Shown one piece after another: positions 39,101-54,800 of a DNA stretch of 64,000 nucleotides. Source of the DNA: Auanema rhodensis (lineage: Eukaryota; Animalia; Nematoda). Positions within the stretch are counted from its first letter, which is position 1. Every line of letters begins with the position of its first letter. A program made the position numbers and the translations under genes. Under the pieces are notes generated by a model. The model did no database searches, was not told the origin of the DNA, and was given only the letters and a program-made list of their open reading frames with translations. Where the stretch lies: assembly GCA_964057225.1 (NCBI GenBank), contig OZ059900.1, positions 18,166,001 to 18,230,000 on the forward strand. The letters are read 5' to 3'.

Positions 39101-40570
39101 GAAATTTCGCTGTAAACAAGGTTTTGACTTACGATTTCATGTGTTCAAACTCATGCAATGTCAATGAAACCTAGCTCAAAATTGTTCCTACAACGTCTAG
39201 TTCCACTTTCACGACAAAAAAACAGGGGTTAGAAAATTAAGGAAATTAGCATATTCTGAGGGCACGCCCTTTATGGCTAATATTGATTAAATCGATTTTT
39301 GTTCATATGAGTCGTCAAATGCAACGAATTTCAGCGTGTTACATACTAAAATGAAGCATTTTACATGCTGAACACTAGAAAAATACAAAAACACAGTATT
39401 TCCCATGAGAAATATTTTATTATGCTGGAAAACCAGTTTTTGGAAATTTCGCTGTAAACAAGGTTTTGACTTACGATTTCATGTGTTCAAACTCATGCAA
39501 TGTCAATGAAACCTAGCTCAAAATTGTTCGTACAACGTCTAGTTCCACTTTCACGACAAAAAAACAGGGGTTAGAAAATTAAGGAAATTAGCATATTCTG
39601 AGGGCACGCCCCTTATGGCTAATATTGATTAAATCGATTTTTGTTCATATGAGTCGTCAAATGCAACGAATTTCAGCGTGTTACATACTAAAATGAAGCA
39701 TTTTACATGCTGAACACTAGAAAAATACAAAAACACAGTATTTCCCATGAGAATAATTTTATTATGCTGGAAAACCAGTTTTTGGAAATTTCGCTGTAAA
39801 CAAGGTTTTGACTTACGATTTCATGTGTTCAAACTCATGCAATGTCAATGAAACCTAGCTCAAAATTGTTCGTACAACGTCTAGTTCCACTTTTACGACA
39901 AAAAAACAGGGGTTAGAAAATTAAGGAAATTAGCATATTCTGAGGGCACGCCCCTTATGGCTAATATTGATTAAATCGATTTTTGTTCATATGAGTCGTC
40001 AAATGCAACGAATTTCAGCGTGTTACATACTAAAATGAAGCATTTTACATGCTGAACACTAGAAAAATACAAAAACACAGTATTTCCCATGAGAAATATT
40101 TTATTATGCTGGAAAACCAGTTTTTGGAAATTTCGCTGTAAACAAGGTTTTGACTTACGATTTCATGTGTTCAAACTCATGCAATGTCAATGAAACCTAG
40201 CTCAAAATTGTTCGTACAACGACTAGTTCCACTTTCACGACAAAAAAACAGGGGTTAGAAAATTAAGGAAATTAGCATATTCTGAGGGCACGCCCCTTAT
40301 GGCTAATATTGATTAAATCGATTTTTGTTCATATGAGTCGTCAAATGCAACGAATTTCAGCGTGTTACATACTAAAATGAAGCATTTTACATGCTGAACA
40401 CTAGAAAAATACAAAAACACAGTATTTCCCATGAGAAATATTTTATTATGCTGGAAAACCAGTTTTTGAAAATTTCGCTGTAAACAAGGTTTTGACTTAC
40501 GATTTCATGTGTTCAAACTCATGCAATGTCAATGAAACCTAGCTCAAAATTGTTCCTACAACGTCTAGTT
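36125..40570. repeat. Local hexamer higher-order repeat (2052 bp, a little over 2 copies)
   Basis: The same six monomer types occur in the same order at 36125-38176 and 38177-40228 (TTGAAAA; CCCT+CTCAAAT; ACGTAC; CCCT; GAATAAT; CTTTTAC+GACTAG). The first type appears again at 40229. Confidence 0.88.
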
Positions 40571-42622
40571 CCACTTTCACGACAAAAAAACAGGGGTTAG
40601 AAAATTAAGGAAATTAGCATATTCTGAGGGCACGCCCCTTATGGCTAATATTGATTAAATCGATTTTTGTTCATATGAGTCGTCAAATGCAACGAATTTC
40701 AGCGTGTTACATACTAAAATGAAGCATTTTACATGCTGAACACTAGAAAAATACAAAAACACAGTATTTCCCATGAGAATAATTTTATTATGCTGGAAAA
40801 CCAGTTTTTGGAAATTTCGCTGTAAACAAGGTTTTGACTTACGATTTCATGTGTTCAAACTCATGCAATGTCAATGAAACCTAGCTCAAAATTGTTCGTA
40901 CAACGTCTAGTTCCACTTTTACGACAAAAAAACAGGGGTTAGAAAATTAAGGAAATTAGCATATTCTGAGGGCACGCCCCTTATGGCTAATATTGATTAA
41001 ATCGATTTTTGTTCATATGAGTCGTCAAATGCAACGAATTTCAGCGTGTTACATACTAAAATGAAGCATTTTACATGCTGAACACTAGAAAAATACAAAA
41101 ACACAGTATTTCCCATGAGAAATATTTTATTATGCTGGAAAACCAGTTTTTGGAAATTTCGCTGTAAACAAGGTTTTGACTTACGATTTCATGTGTTCAA
41201 ACTCATGCAATGTCAATGAAACCTAGCTCAAAATTGTTCGTACAACGACTAGTTCCACTTTCACGACAAAAAAACAGGGGTTAGAAAATTAAGGAAATTA
41301 GCATATTCTGAGGGCACGCCCCTTATGGCTAATATTGATTAAATCGATTTTTGTTCATATGAGTCGTCAAATGCAACGAATTTCAGCGTGTTACATACTA
41401 AAATGAAGCATTTTACATGCTGAACACTAGAAAAATACAAAAACACAGTATTTCCCATGAGAAATATTTTATTATGCTGGAAAACCAGTTTTTGGAAATT
41501 TCGCTGTAAACAAGGTTTTGACTTACGATTTCATGTGTTCAAACTCATGCAATGTCAATGAAACCTAGCTCAAAATTGTTCCTACAACGTCTAGTTCCAC
41601 TTTCACGACAAAAAAACAGGGGTTAGAAAATTAAGGAAATTAGCATATTCTGAGGGCACGCCCTTTATGGCTAATATTGATTAAATCGATTTTTGTTCAT
41701 ATGAGTCGTCAAATGCAACGAATTTCAGCGTGTTACATACTAAAATGAAGCATTTTACATGCTGAACACTAGAAAAATACAAAAACACAGTATTTCCCAT
41801 GAGAAATATTTTATTATGCTGGAAAACCAGTTTTTGGAAATTTCGCTGTAAACAAGGTTTTGACTTACGATTTCATGTGTTCAAACTCATGCAATGTCAA
41901 TGAAACCTAGCTCAAAATTGTTCGTACAACGACTAGTTCCACTTTCACGACAAAAAAACAGGGGTTAGAAAATTAAGGAAATTAGCATATTCTGAGGGCA
42001 CGCCCCTTATGGCTAATATTGATTAAATCGATTTTTGTTCATATGAGTCGTCAAATGCAACGAATTTCAGCGTGTTACATACTAAAATGAAGCATTTTAC
42101 ATGCTGAACACTAGAAAAATACAAAAACACAGTATTTCCCATGAGAAATATTTTATTATGCTGGAAAACCAGTTTTTGAAAATTTCGCTGTAAACAAGGT
42201 TTTGACTTACGATTTCATGTGTTCAAACTCATGCAATGTCAAGGAAACCTAGCTCAAAATTGTTCCTACAACGTCTAGTTCCACTTTCACGACAAAAAAA
42301 CAGGGGTTAGAAAATAAAGGAAATTAGCATATTCTGAGGGCACGCCCTTTATGGCTAATATTGATTAAATCGATTTTTGTTCATATGAGTCGTCAAATGC
42401 AACGAATTTCAGCGTGTTACATACTAAAATGAAGCATTTTACATGCTGAACACTAGAAAAATACAAAAACACAGTATTTCCCATGAGAAATATTTTATTA
42501 TGCTGGAAAACCAGTTTTTGGAAATTTCGCTGTAAACAAGGTTTTGACTTACGATTTCATGTGTTTAAACTCATGCAATGTCAATGAAACCTAGCTCAAA
42601 ATTGTTAATACAATGTCTAGTT

Positions 42623-45600
42623 CCACTTTCACGACAAAAAAACAGGGGTTAGAAAATTAAGGAAATTAGCATATTCTGAGGGCACGCCCCTTATGGCTAA
42701 TATTGATTAAATCGATTTTTGTTCATATGAGTCGTCAAATGCAACGAATTTCAGCGTGTTACATACTAAAATGAAGCATTTTACATGCTGAACACTAGAA
42801 AAATACAAAAACACAGTATTTCCCATGAGAAATATTTTATTATGCTGGAAAACCAGTTTTTGGAAATTTCGCTGTAAACAAGGTTTTGACTTACGATTTC
42901 ATGTGTTCAAACTCATGCAATGTCAATGAAACCTAGCTCAAAATTGTTCCTACAACGTCTAGTTCCACTTTCACGACAAAAAAACAGGGGTTAGAAAATT
43001 AAGGAAATTAGCATATTCTGAGGGCACGCCCTTTATGGCTAATATTGATTAAATCGATTTTTGTTCATATGAGTCGTCAAATGCAACGAATTTCAGCGTG
43101 TTACATACTAAAATGAAGCATTTCACATGCTGAACACTAGAAAAATACAAAAACACAGTATTTCCCATGAGAAATATTTTATTATGCTGGAAAACCAGTT
43201 TTTGGAAATTTCGCTGTAAACAAGGTTTTGACTTACGATTTCATGTGTTCAAACTCATGCAATGTCAATGAAACCTAGCTCAAAATTGTTCGTACAACGT
43301 CTGGTTCCACTTTCACGACAAAAAAACAGGGGTTAGAAAATTAAGGAAATTAGCATATTCTGAGGGCACGCCCCTTATGGCTAATATTGATTAAATCGAT
43401 TTTTGTTCATATGAGTCGTCAAATGCAACGAATTTCAGCGTGTTACATACTAAAATGAAGCATTTTACATGCTGAACACTAGAAAAATACAAAAACACAG
43501 TATTTCCCATGAGAAATATTTTATTATGCTGGAAAACCAGTTTTTGGAAATTTCGCTGTAAACAAGGTTTTGACTTACGATTTCATGTGTTCAAACTCAT
43601 GCAATGTCAATGAAACCTAGCTCAAAATTGTTCGTACAACGTCTAGTTCCACTTTCACGACAAAAAAACAGGGGTTAGAAAATTAAGGAAATTAGCATAT
43701 TCTGAGGGCACGCCCCCTTATGGCTAATATTGATTAAATCGATTTTTGTTCATATGAGTCGTCAAATGCAACGAATTTCAGCGTGTTACATACTAAAATG
43801 AAGCATTTTACATGCTGAACACTAGAAAAATACAAAAACACAGTATTTCCCATGAGAAATATTTTATTATGCTGGAAAACCAGTTTTTGGAAATTTCGCT
43901 GTAAACAAGGTTTTGACTTACGATTTCATGTGTTTAAACTCATGCAATGTCAATGAAACCTAGCTCAAAATTGTTAATACAATGTCTAGTTCCACTTTCA
44001 CGACAAAAAAACAGGGGTTAGAAAATTAAGGAAATTAGCATATTCTGAGGGCACGCCCCTTATGGCTAATATTGATTAAATCGATTTTTGTTCATATGAG
44101 TCGTCAAATGCAACGAATTTCAGCGTGTTACATACTAAAATGAAGCATTTTACATGCTGAACACTAGAAAAATACAAAAACACAGTATTTCCCATGAGAA
44201 ATATTTTATTATGCTGGAAAACCAGTTTTTGGAAATTTCGCTGTAAACAAGGTTTTGACTTACGATTTCATGTGTTCAAACTCATGCAATGTCAATGAAA
44301 CCCAGCTCAAAATTGTTCGTACAACGTCTAGTTCCACTTTCACGACAAAAAAACAGGGGTTAGAAAATTAAGGAAATTAGCATATTCTGAGGGCACGCCC
44401 CTTATGGCTAATATTGATTAAATCGATTTTTGTTCATATGAGTCGTCAAATGCAACGAATTTCAGCGTGTTACATACTAAAATGAAGCATTTTACATGCT
44501 GAACACTAGAAAAATACAAAAACACAGTATTTCCCATGAGAAATATTTTATTATGCTGGAAAACCAGTTTTTGGAAATTTCGCTGTAAACAAGGTTTTGA
44601 CTTACGATTTCATGTGTTCAAACTCATGCAATGTCAATGAAACCTAGCTCAACATTGTTCGTACAACGTCTAGTTCCACTTTCACGACAAAAAAACAGGG
44701 GTTAGAAAATTAAGGAAATTAGCATATTCTGAGGGCACGCCCCTTATGGCTAATATTGATTAAATCGATTTTTGTTCATATGAGTCGTCAAATGCAACGA
44801 ATTTCAGCGTGTTACATACTAAAATGAAGCATTTTACATGCTGAACACTAGAAAAATACAAAAACACAGTATTTCCCATGAGAAATATTTTATTATGCTG
44901 GAAAACCAGTTTTTGGAAATTTCGCTGTAAACAAGGTTTTGACTTACGATTTCATGTGTTCAAACTCATGCAATGTCAATGAAACCTAGCTCAAAATTGT
45001 TCCTACAACGTCTAGTTCCACTTTCACGACAAAAAAACAGGGGTTAGAAAATTAAGGAAATTAGCATATTCTGAGGGCACGCCCTTTATGGCTAATATTG
45101 ATTAAATCGATTTTTGTTCATATGAGTCGTCAAATGCAACGAATTTCAGCGTGTTACATACTAAAATGAAGCATTTCACATGCTGAACACTAGAAAAATA
45201 CAAAAACACAGTATTTCCCATGAGAAATATTTTATTATGCTGGAAAACCAGTTTTTGGAAATTTCGCTGTAAACAAGGTTTTGACTTACGATTTCATGTG
45301 TTCAAACTCATGCAATGTCAATGAAACCTAGCTCAAAATTGTTCGTACAACGTCTGGTTCCACTTTCACGACAAAAAAACAGGGGTTAGAAAATTAAGGA
45401 AATTAGCATATTCTGAGGGCACGCCCCTTATGGCTAATATTGATTAAATCGATTTTTGTTCATATGAGTCGTCAAATGCAACGAATTTCAGCGTGTTACA
45501 TACTAAAATGAAGCATTTTACATGCTGAACACTAGAAAAATACAAAAACACAGTATTTCCCATGAGAAATATTTTATTATGCTGGAAAACCAGTTTTTGG

Positions 45601-46728
45601 AAATTTCGCTGTAAACAAGGTTTTGACTTACGATTTCATGTGTTCAAACTCATGCAATGTCAATGAAACCTAGCTCAAAATTGTTCGTACAACGTCTAGT
45701 TCCACTTTCACGACAAAAAAACAGGGGTTAGAAAATTAAGGAAATTAGCATATTCTGAGGGCACGCCCCCTTATGGCTAATATTGATTAAATCGATTTTT
45801 GTTCATATGAGTCGTCAAATGCAACGAATTTCAGCGTGTTACATACTAAAATGAAGCATTTTACATGCTGAACACTAGAAAAATACAAAAACACAGTATT
45901 TCCCATGAGAAATATTTTATTATGCTGGAAAACCAGTTTTTGGAAATTTCGCTGTAAACAAGGTTTTGACTTACGATTTCATGTGTTTAAACTCATGCAA
46001 TGTCAATGAAACCTAGCTCAAAATTGTTAATACAATGTCTAGTTCCACTTTCACGACAAAAAAACAGGGGTTAGAAAATTAAGGAAATTAGCATATTCTG
46101 AGGGCACGCCCCTTATGGCTAATATTGATTAAATCGATTTTTGTTCATATGAGTCGTCAAATGCAACGAATTTCAGCGTGTTACATACTAAAATGAAGCA
46201 TTTTACATGCTGAACACTAGAAAAATACAAAAACACAGTATTTCCCATGAGAAATATTTTATTATGCTGGAAAACCAGTTTTTGGAAATTTCGCTGTAAA
46301 CAAGGTTTTGACTTACGATTTCATGTGTTCAAACTCATGCAATGTCAATGAAACCCAGCTCAAAATTGTTCGTACAACGTCTAGTTCCACTTTCACGACA
46401 AAAAAACAGGGGTTAGAAAATTAAGGAAATTAGCATATTCTGAGGGCACGCCCCTTATGGCTAATATTGATTAAATCGATTTTTGTTCATATGAGTCGTC
46501 AAATGCAACGAATTTCAGCGTGTTACATACTAAAATGAAGCATTTTACATGCTGAACACTAGAAAAATACAAAAACACAGTATTTCCCATGAGAAATATT
46601 TTATTATGCTGGAAAACCAGTTTTTGGAAATTTCGCTGTAAACAAGGTTTTGACTTACGATTTCATGTGTTCAAACTCATGCAATGTCAATGAAACCTAG
46701 CTCAAAATTGTTCGTACAACGTCTAGTT
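42623..46728. repeat. Second local hexamer higher-order repeat (2053 bp, 2 copies)
   Basis: TTCAC+CTGGTT monomers at 42965/45018, 343-bp monomers at 43649/45702 and CCCAGC monomers at 43992/46045. The one difference seen is CAACATT in the 44334 monomer. Confidence 0.85.
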
Positions 46729-49700
46729 CCACTTTCACGACAAAAAAACAGGGGTTAGAAAATTAAGGAAATTAGCATATTCTGAGGGCACGCCCCTTAT
46801 GGCTAATATTGATTAAATCGATTTTTGTTCATATGAGTCGTCAAATGCAATTAATTTCAGCGTGTCACATACTAAAATGAAGCATTTTACATGCTGAACA
46901 CTAGAAAAATACAAAAACACAGTTTTTCCCATGAGAAATATTTTATTATGCTGGAAAACCAGTTTTTGAAAATATCGCTGTAAACAAGGTTTTGACTTAC
47001 GATTTCATGTGTTCAAACTCATGCAATGTCAATGAAACCTAGCTCAAAATTGTTCCTACAACGTCTAGTTCCACTTTCACGACAAAAAAACAGGGGTTAG
47101 AAAATTAAGGAAATTAGCATATTCTGAGGGCACGCCCCTTATGGCTAATATTGATTAAATCGATTTTTGTTCATATGAGTCGTCAAATGCAACGAATTTC
47201 AGCGTGTTACATACTAAAATGAAGCATTTTACATGCTGAACACTAGAAAAATACAAAAACACAGTATTTCCCATGAGAAATATTTTATTATGCTGGAAAA
47301 CCAGTTTTTGGAAATTTCGCTGTAAACAAGGTTTTGACTTACGATTTCATGTGTTCAAACTCATGCAATGTCAATGAAACCTAGCTCAAAATTGTTCCTA
47401 CAACGTCTAGTTCCACTTTCACGACAAAAAAACAGGGGTTAGAAAATTAAGGAAATTAGCATATTCTGAGGGCACGCCCTTTATGGCTAATATTGATTAA
47501 ATCGATTTTTGTTCATATGAGTCGTCAAATGCAACGAATTTCAGCGTGTTACATACTAAAATGAAGCATTTCACATGCTGAACACTAGAAAAATACAAAA
47601 ACACAGTATTTCCCATGAGAAATATTTTATTATGCTGGAAAACCAGTTTTTGGAAATTTCGCTGTAAACAAGGTTTTGACTTACGATTTCATGTGTTCAA
47701 ACTCATGCAATGTCAATGAAACCTAGCTCAAAATTGTTCGTACAACGTCTAGTTCCACTTTCACGACAAAAAAACAGGGGTTAGAAAATTAAGGAAATTA
47801 GCATATTCTGAGGGCACGCCCCTTATGGCTAATATTGATTAAATCGATTTTTGTTCATATGAGTCGTCAAATGCAACGAATTTCAGCGTGTTACATACTA
47901 AAATGAAGCATTTTACATGCTGAACACTAGAAAAATACAAAAACACAGTATTTCCCATGAGAAATATTTTATTATGCTGGAAAACCAGTTTTTGAAAATA
48001 TCGCTGTAAACAAGGTTTTGACTTACGATTTCATGTGTTCAAACTCATGCAATGTCAATGAAACCTAGCTCAAAATTGTTCCTACAACGTCTAGTTCCAC
48101 TTTCACGACAAAAAAACAGGGGTTAGAAAATTAAGGAAATTAGCATATTCTGAGGGCACGCCCCTTATGGCTAATATTGATTAAATCGATTTTTGTTCAT
48201 ATGAGTCGTCAAATGCAACGAATTTCAGCGTGTTACATACTAAAATGAAGCATTTTACATGCTGAACACTAGAAAAATACAAAAACACAGTATTTCCCAT
48301 GAGAAATATTTTATTATGCTGGAAAACCAGTTTTTGGAAATTTCGCTGTAAACAAGGTTTTGACTTACGATTTCATGTGTTCAAACTCATGCAATGTCAA
48401 TGAAACCTAGCTCAAAATTGTTCCTACAACGTCTAGTTCCACTTTCACGACAAAAAAACAGGGGTTAGAAAATTAAGGAAATTAGCATATTCTGAGGGCA
48501 CGCCCTTTATGGCTAATATTGATTAAATCGATTTTTGTTCATATGAGTCGTCAAATGCAACGAATTTCAGCGTGTTACATACTCAAATGAAGCATTTCAC
48601 ATGCTGAACACTAGAAAAATACAAAAACACAGTATTTCCCATGAGAAATATTTTATTATGCTGGAAAACCAGTTTTTGGAAATTTCGCTGTAAACAAGGT
48701 TTTGACTTACGATTTCATGTGTTCAAACTCATGCAATGTCAATGAAACCTAGCTCAAAATTGTTCGTACAACGTCTAGTTCCACTTTCACGACAAAAAAA
48801 CAGGGGTTAGAAAATTAAGGAAATTAGCATATTCTGAGGGCACGCCCCTTATGGCTAATATTGATTAAATCGATTTTTGTTCATATGAGTCGTCAAATGC
48901 AACAAATTTCAGCGTGTTACATACTAAAATGAAGCATTTTACATGCTGAACACTAGAAAAATACAAAAACACAGTAATACCCATGAGAAATATTTTATTA
49001 TGCTGGAAAACCAGTTTTTGGAAATTTCGCTGTAAACAAGGTTTTGACTTACGATTTCATGTGTTCAAACTCATGCAATGTCAATGAAACCTAGCTCAAA
49101 ATTGTTCGTACAACGTCTAGTTCCACTTTCACGACAAAAAAACAGGGGTTAGAAAATTAAGGAAATTAGCATATTCTGAGGGCACGCCCCCTTATGGCTA
49201 ATATTGATTAAATCGATTTTTGTTCATATGAGTCGTCAAATGCAACGAATTTCAGCGTGTTACATACTAAAATGAAGCATTTTACATGCTGAACACTAGA
49301 AAAATACAAAAACACAGTATTTCCCATGAGAAATATTTTATTATGCTGGAAAACCAGTTTTTGGAAATTTCGCTGTAAACAAGGTTTTGACTTACGATTT
49401 CATGTGTTCAAACTCATGCAATGTCAATGAAACCCAGCTCAAAATTGTTCGTACAACGTCTAGTTCCACTTTCACGACAAAAAAACAGGGGTTAGAAAAT
49501 TAAGGAAATTAGCATATTCTGAGGGCACGCCCCTTATGGCTAATATTGATTAAATCGATTTTTGTTCATATGAGTCGTCAAATGCAACGAATTTCAGCGT
49601 GTTACATACTAAAATGAAGCATTTTACATGCTGAACACTAGAAAAATACAAAAACACAGTATTTCCCATGAGAATTATTTTATTATGCTGGAAAACCAGT

Positions 49701-51517
49701 TTTTGGAAATTTCGCTGTAAACAAGGTTTTGACTTACGATTTCATGTGTTCAAACTCATGCAATGTCAATGAAACCTAGCTCAAAATTGTTCGTACAACG
49801 TCTAGTTCCACTTTCACGACAAAAAAACAGGGGTTAGAAAATTAAGGAAATTAGCATATTCTGAGGGCACGCCCCTTATGGCTAATATTGATTAAATCGA
49901 TTTTTGTTCATATGAGTCGTCAAATGCAACGAATTTCAGCGTGTTACATACTAAAATGAAGCATTTTACATGCTGAACACTAGAAAAATACAAAAACACA
50001 GTATTTCCCATGAGAAATATTTTATTATGCTGGAAAACCAGTTTTTGAAAATTTCGCTGTAAACAAGGTTTTGACTTACGATTTCATGTGTTCAAACTCA
50101 TGCAATGTCAATGAAACCTAGCTCAAAATTGTTCCTACAACGTCTAGTTCCACTTTCACGACAAAAAAACAGGGGTTAGAAAATTAAGGAAATTAGCATA
50201 TTCTGAGGGCACGCCCTTTATGGCTAATATTGATTAAATCGATTTTTGTTCATATGAGTCGTCAAATGCAACGAATTTCAGCGTGTTACATACTAAAATG
50301 AAGCATTTTACATGCTGAACACTAGAAAAATACAAAAACACAGTATTTCCCATGAGAAATATTTTATTATGCTGGAAAACCAGTTTTTGGAAATTTCGCT
50401 GTAAACAAGGTTTTGACTTACGATTTCATGTGTTCAAACTCATGCAATGTCAATGAAACCTAGCTCAAAATTGTTCGTACAACGTCTAGTTCCACTTTCA
50501 CGACAAAAAAACAGGGGTTAGAAAATTAAGGAAATTAGCATATTCTGAGGGCACGCCCCTTATGGCTAATATTGATTAAATCGATTTTTGTTCATATGAG
50601 TCGTCAAATGCAACGAATTTCAGCGTGTTACGTACTAAAATGAAGCATTTTACATGCTGAACACTAGAAAAATACAAAAACACAGTATTTCCCATGAGAA
50701 ATATTTTATTATGCTGGAAAACCAGTTTTTGGAAATTTCGCTGTAAACAAGGTTTTGACTTACGATTTCATGTGTTCAAACTCATGCAATGTCAATGAAA
50801 CCTAGCTCAAAATTGTTCCTACAACGTCTAGTTCCACTTTCACGACAAAAAAACAGGGGTTAGAAAATTAAGGAAATTAGCATATTCTGAGGGCACGCCC
50901 TTTATGGCTAATATTGATTAAATCGATTTTTGTTCATATGAGTCGTCAAATGCAACGAATTTCAGCGTGTTACATACTAAAATGAAGCATTTTACATGCT
51001 GAACACTAGAAAAATACAAAAACACAGTATTTCCCATGAGAAATATTTTATTATGCTGGAAAACCAGTTTTTGGAAATTTCGCTGTAAACAAGGTTTTGA
51101 CTTACGATTTCATGTGTTCAAACTCATGCAATGTCAATGAAACCTAGCTCAAAATTGTTCGTACAACGTCTAGTTCCACTTTTACGACAAAAAAACAGGG
51201 GTTAGAAAATTAAGGAAATTAGCATATTCTGAGGGCACGCCCCTTATGGCTAATATTGATTAAATCGATTTTTGTTCATATGAGTCGTCAAATGCAACGA
51301 ATTTCAGCGTGTTACATACTAAAATGAAGCATTTTACATGCTGAACACTAGAAAAATACAAAAACACAGTATTTCCCATGAGAAATATTTTATTATGCTG
51401 GAAAACCAGTTTTTGGAAATTTCGCTGTAAACAAGGTTTTGACTTACGATTTCATGTGTTCAAACTCATGCAATGTCAATGAAACCTAGCTCAAAATTGT
51501 TCGTACAACGTCTAGTT
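43649..51517. repeat. Long-range copy (about 8 kb, 23 monomers) of about 24293-32161 at offset 19,356 bp
   Basis: Same monomer order, including CAACATT, the CAATTAAT monomer (27495/46851), the +C/CCCAGC monomer (29767/49123) and the GAATTAT monomer (30110/49466). One private SNP at 32068. Confidence 0.9.
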
Positions 51518-51859
51518 CCACTTTCACGACAAAAAAACAGGGGTTAGAAAATTAAGGAAATTAGCATATTCTGAGGGCACGCCCCTTATGGCTAATATTG
51601 ATTAAATCGATTTTTGTTCATATGAGTCGTCAAATGCAACGAATTTCAGCGTGTTACGTACTAAAATGAAGCATTTTACATGCTGAACACTAGAAAAATA
51701 CAAAAACACAGTATTTCCCATGAGAAATATTTTATTATGCTGGAAAACCAGTTTTTGGAAATTTCGCTGTAAACAAGGTTTTGACTTACGATTTCATGTG
51801 TTCAAACTCATGCAATGTCAATGAAACCTAGCTCAAAATTGTTCCTACAACGTCTAGTT

Positions 51860-54800
51860 CCACTTTCACGACAAAAAAACAGGGGTTAGAAAATTAAGGA
51901 AATTAGCATATTCTGAGGGCACGCCCTTTATGGCTAATATTGATTAAATCGATTTTTGTTCATATGAGTCGTCAAATGCAACGAATTTCAGCGTGTTACA
52001 TACTAAAATGAAGCATTTTACATGCTGAACACTAGAAAAATACAAAAACACAGTATTTCCCATGAGAAATATTTTATTATGCTGGAAAACCAGTTTTTGG
52101 AAATTTCGCTGTAAACAAGGTTTTGACTTACGATTTCATGTGTTCAAACTCATGCAATGTCAATGAAACCTAGCTCAAAATTGTTCGTACAACGTCTAGT
52201 TCCACTTTCACGACAAAAAAACAGGGGTTAGAAAATTAAGGAAATTAGCATATTCTGAGGGCACGCCCCTTATGGCTAATATTGATTAAATCGATTTTTG
52301 TTCATATGAGTCGTCAAATGCAACGAATTTCAGCGTGTTACATACTAAAATGAAGCATTTTACATGCTGAACACTAGAAAAATACAAAAACACAGTATTT
52401 CCCATGAGAAATATTTTATTATGCTGGAAAACCAGTTTTTGAAAATTTCGCTGTAAACAAGGTTTTGACTTACGATTTCATGTGTTCAAACTCATGCAAT
52501 GTCAATGAAACCTAGCTCAAAATTGTTCCTACAACGTCTAGTTCCACTTTCACGACAAAAAAACAGGGGTTAGAAAATTAAGGAAATTAGCATATTCTGA
52601 GGGCACGCCCTTTATGGCTAATATTGATTAAATCGATTTTTGTTCATATGAGTCGTCAAATGCAACGAATTTCAGCGTGTTACATACTAAAATGAAGCAT
52701 TTTACATGCTGAACACTAGAAAAATACAAAAACACAGTATTTCCCATGAGAAATATTTTATTATGCTGGAAAACCAGTTTTTGGAAATTTCGCTGTAAAC
52801 AAGGTTTTGACTTACGATTTCATGTGTTCAAACTCATGCAATGTCAATGAAACCTAGCTCAAAATTGTTCGTACAACGTCTAGTTCCACTTTCACGACAA
52901 AAAAACAGGGGTTAGAAAATTAAGGAAATTAGCATATTCTGAGGGCACGCCCCTTATGGCTAATATTGATTAAATCGATTTTTGTTCATATGAGTCGTCA
53001 AATGCAACGAATTTCAGCGTGTTACGTACTAAAATGAAGCATTTTACATGCTGAACACTAGAAAAATACAAAAACACAGTATTTCCCATGAGAAATATTT
53101 TATTATGCTGGAAAACCAGTTTTTGGAAATTTCGCTGTAAACAAGGTTTTGACTTACGATTTCATGTGTTCAAACTCATGCAATGTCAATGAAACCTAGC
53201 TCAAAATTGTTCCTACAACGTCTAGTTCCACTTTCACGACAAAAAAACAGGGGTTAGAAAATTAAGGAAATTAGCATATTCTGAGGGCACGCCCTTTATG
53301 GCTAATATTGATTAAATCGATTTTTGTTCATATGAGTCGTCAAATGCAACGAATTTCAGCGTGTTACATACTAAAATGAAGCATTTTACATGCTGAACAC
53401 TAGAAAAATACAAAAACACAGTATTTCCCATGAGAAATATTTTATTATGCTGGAAAACCAGTTTTTGGAAATTTCGCTGTAAACAAGGTTTTGACTTACG
53501 ATTTCATGTGTTCAAACTCATGCAATGTCAATGAAACCTAGCTCAAAATTGTTCGTACAACGTCTAGTTCCACTTTTACGACAAAAAAACAGGGGTTAGA
53601 AAATTAAGGAAATTAGCATATTCTGAGGGCACGCCCCTTATGGCTAATATTGATTAAATCGATTTTTGTTCATATGAGTCGTCAAATGCAACGAATTTCA
53701 GCGTGTTACATACTAAAATGAAGCATTTTACATGCTGAACACTAGAAAAATACAAAAACACAGTATTTCCCATGAGAAATATTTTATTATGCTGGAAAAC
53801 CAGTTTTTGGAAATTTCGCTGTAAACAAGGTTTTGACTTACGATTTCATGTGTTCAAACTCATGCAATGTCAATGAAACCTAGCTCAAAATTGTTCGTAC
53901 AACGTCTAGTTCCACTTTCACGACAAAAAAACAGGGGTTAGAAAATTAAGGAAATTAGCATATTCTGAGGGCACGCCCCTTATGGCTAATATTGATTAAA
54001 TCGATTTTTGTTCATATGAGTCGTCAAATGCAACGAATTTCAGCGTGTTACGTACTAAAATGAAGCATTTTACATGCTGAACACTAGAAAAATACAAAAA
54101 CACAGTATTTCCCATGAGAAATATTTTATTATGCTGGAAAACCAGTTTTTGGAAATTTCGCTGTAAACAAGGTTTTGACTTACGATTTCATGTGTTCAAA
54201 CTCATGCAATGTCAATGAAACCTAGCTCAAAATTGTTCCTACAACGTCTAGTTCCACTTTCACGACAAAAAAACAGGGGTTAGAAAATTAAGGAAATTAG
54301 CATATTCTGAGGGCACGCCCTTTATGGCTAATATTGATTAAATCGATTTTTGTTCATATGAGTCGTCAAATGCAACGAATTTCAGCGTGTTACATACTAA
54401 AATGAAGCATTTTACATGCTGAACACTAGAAAAATACAAAAACACAGTATTTCCCATGAGAAATATTTTATTATGCTGGAAAACCAGTTTTTGGAAATTT
54501 CGCTGTAAACAAGGTTTTGACTTACGATTTCATGTGTTCAAACTCATGCAATGTCAATGAAACCTAGCTCAAAATTGTTCGTACAACGTCTAGTTCCACT
54601 TTCACGACAAAAAAACAGGGGTTAGAAAATTAAGGAAATTAGCATATTCTGAGGGCACGCCCCTTATGGCTAATATTGATTAAATCGATTTTTGTTCATA
54701 TGAGTCGTCAAATGCAACGAATTTCAGCGTGTTACATACTAAAATGAAGCATTTTACATGCTGAACACTAGAAAGATACAAAAACACAGTATTTCCCATG

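Noticed and set aside
16762-42280. Singleton SNPs (for example ATTTTGCTG near 17009, ATTCTAC near 17946, TTCCCT at 32068, CAAGGAAA near 42243)
   Set aside because: Single occurrences cannot be distinguished from sequencing or consensus errors without reads.
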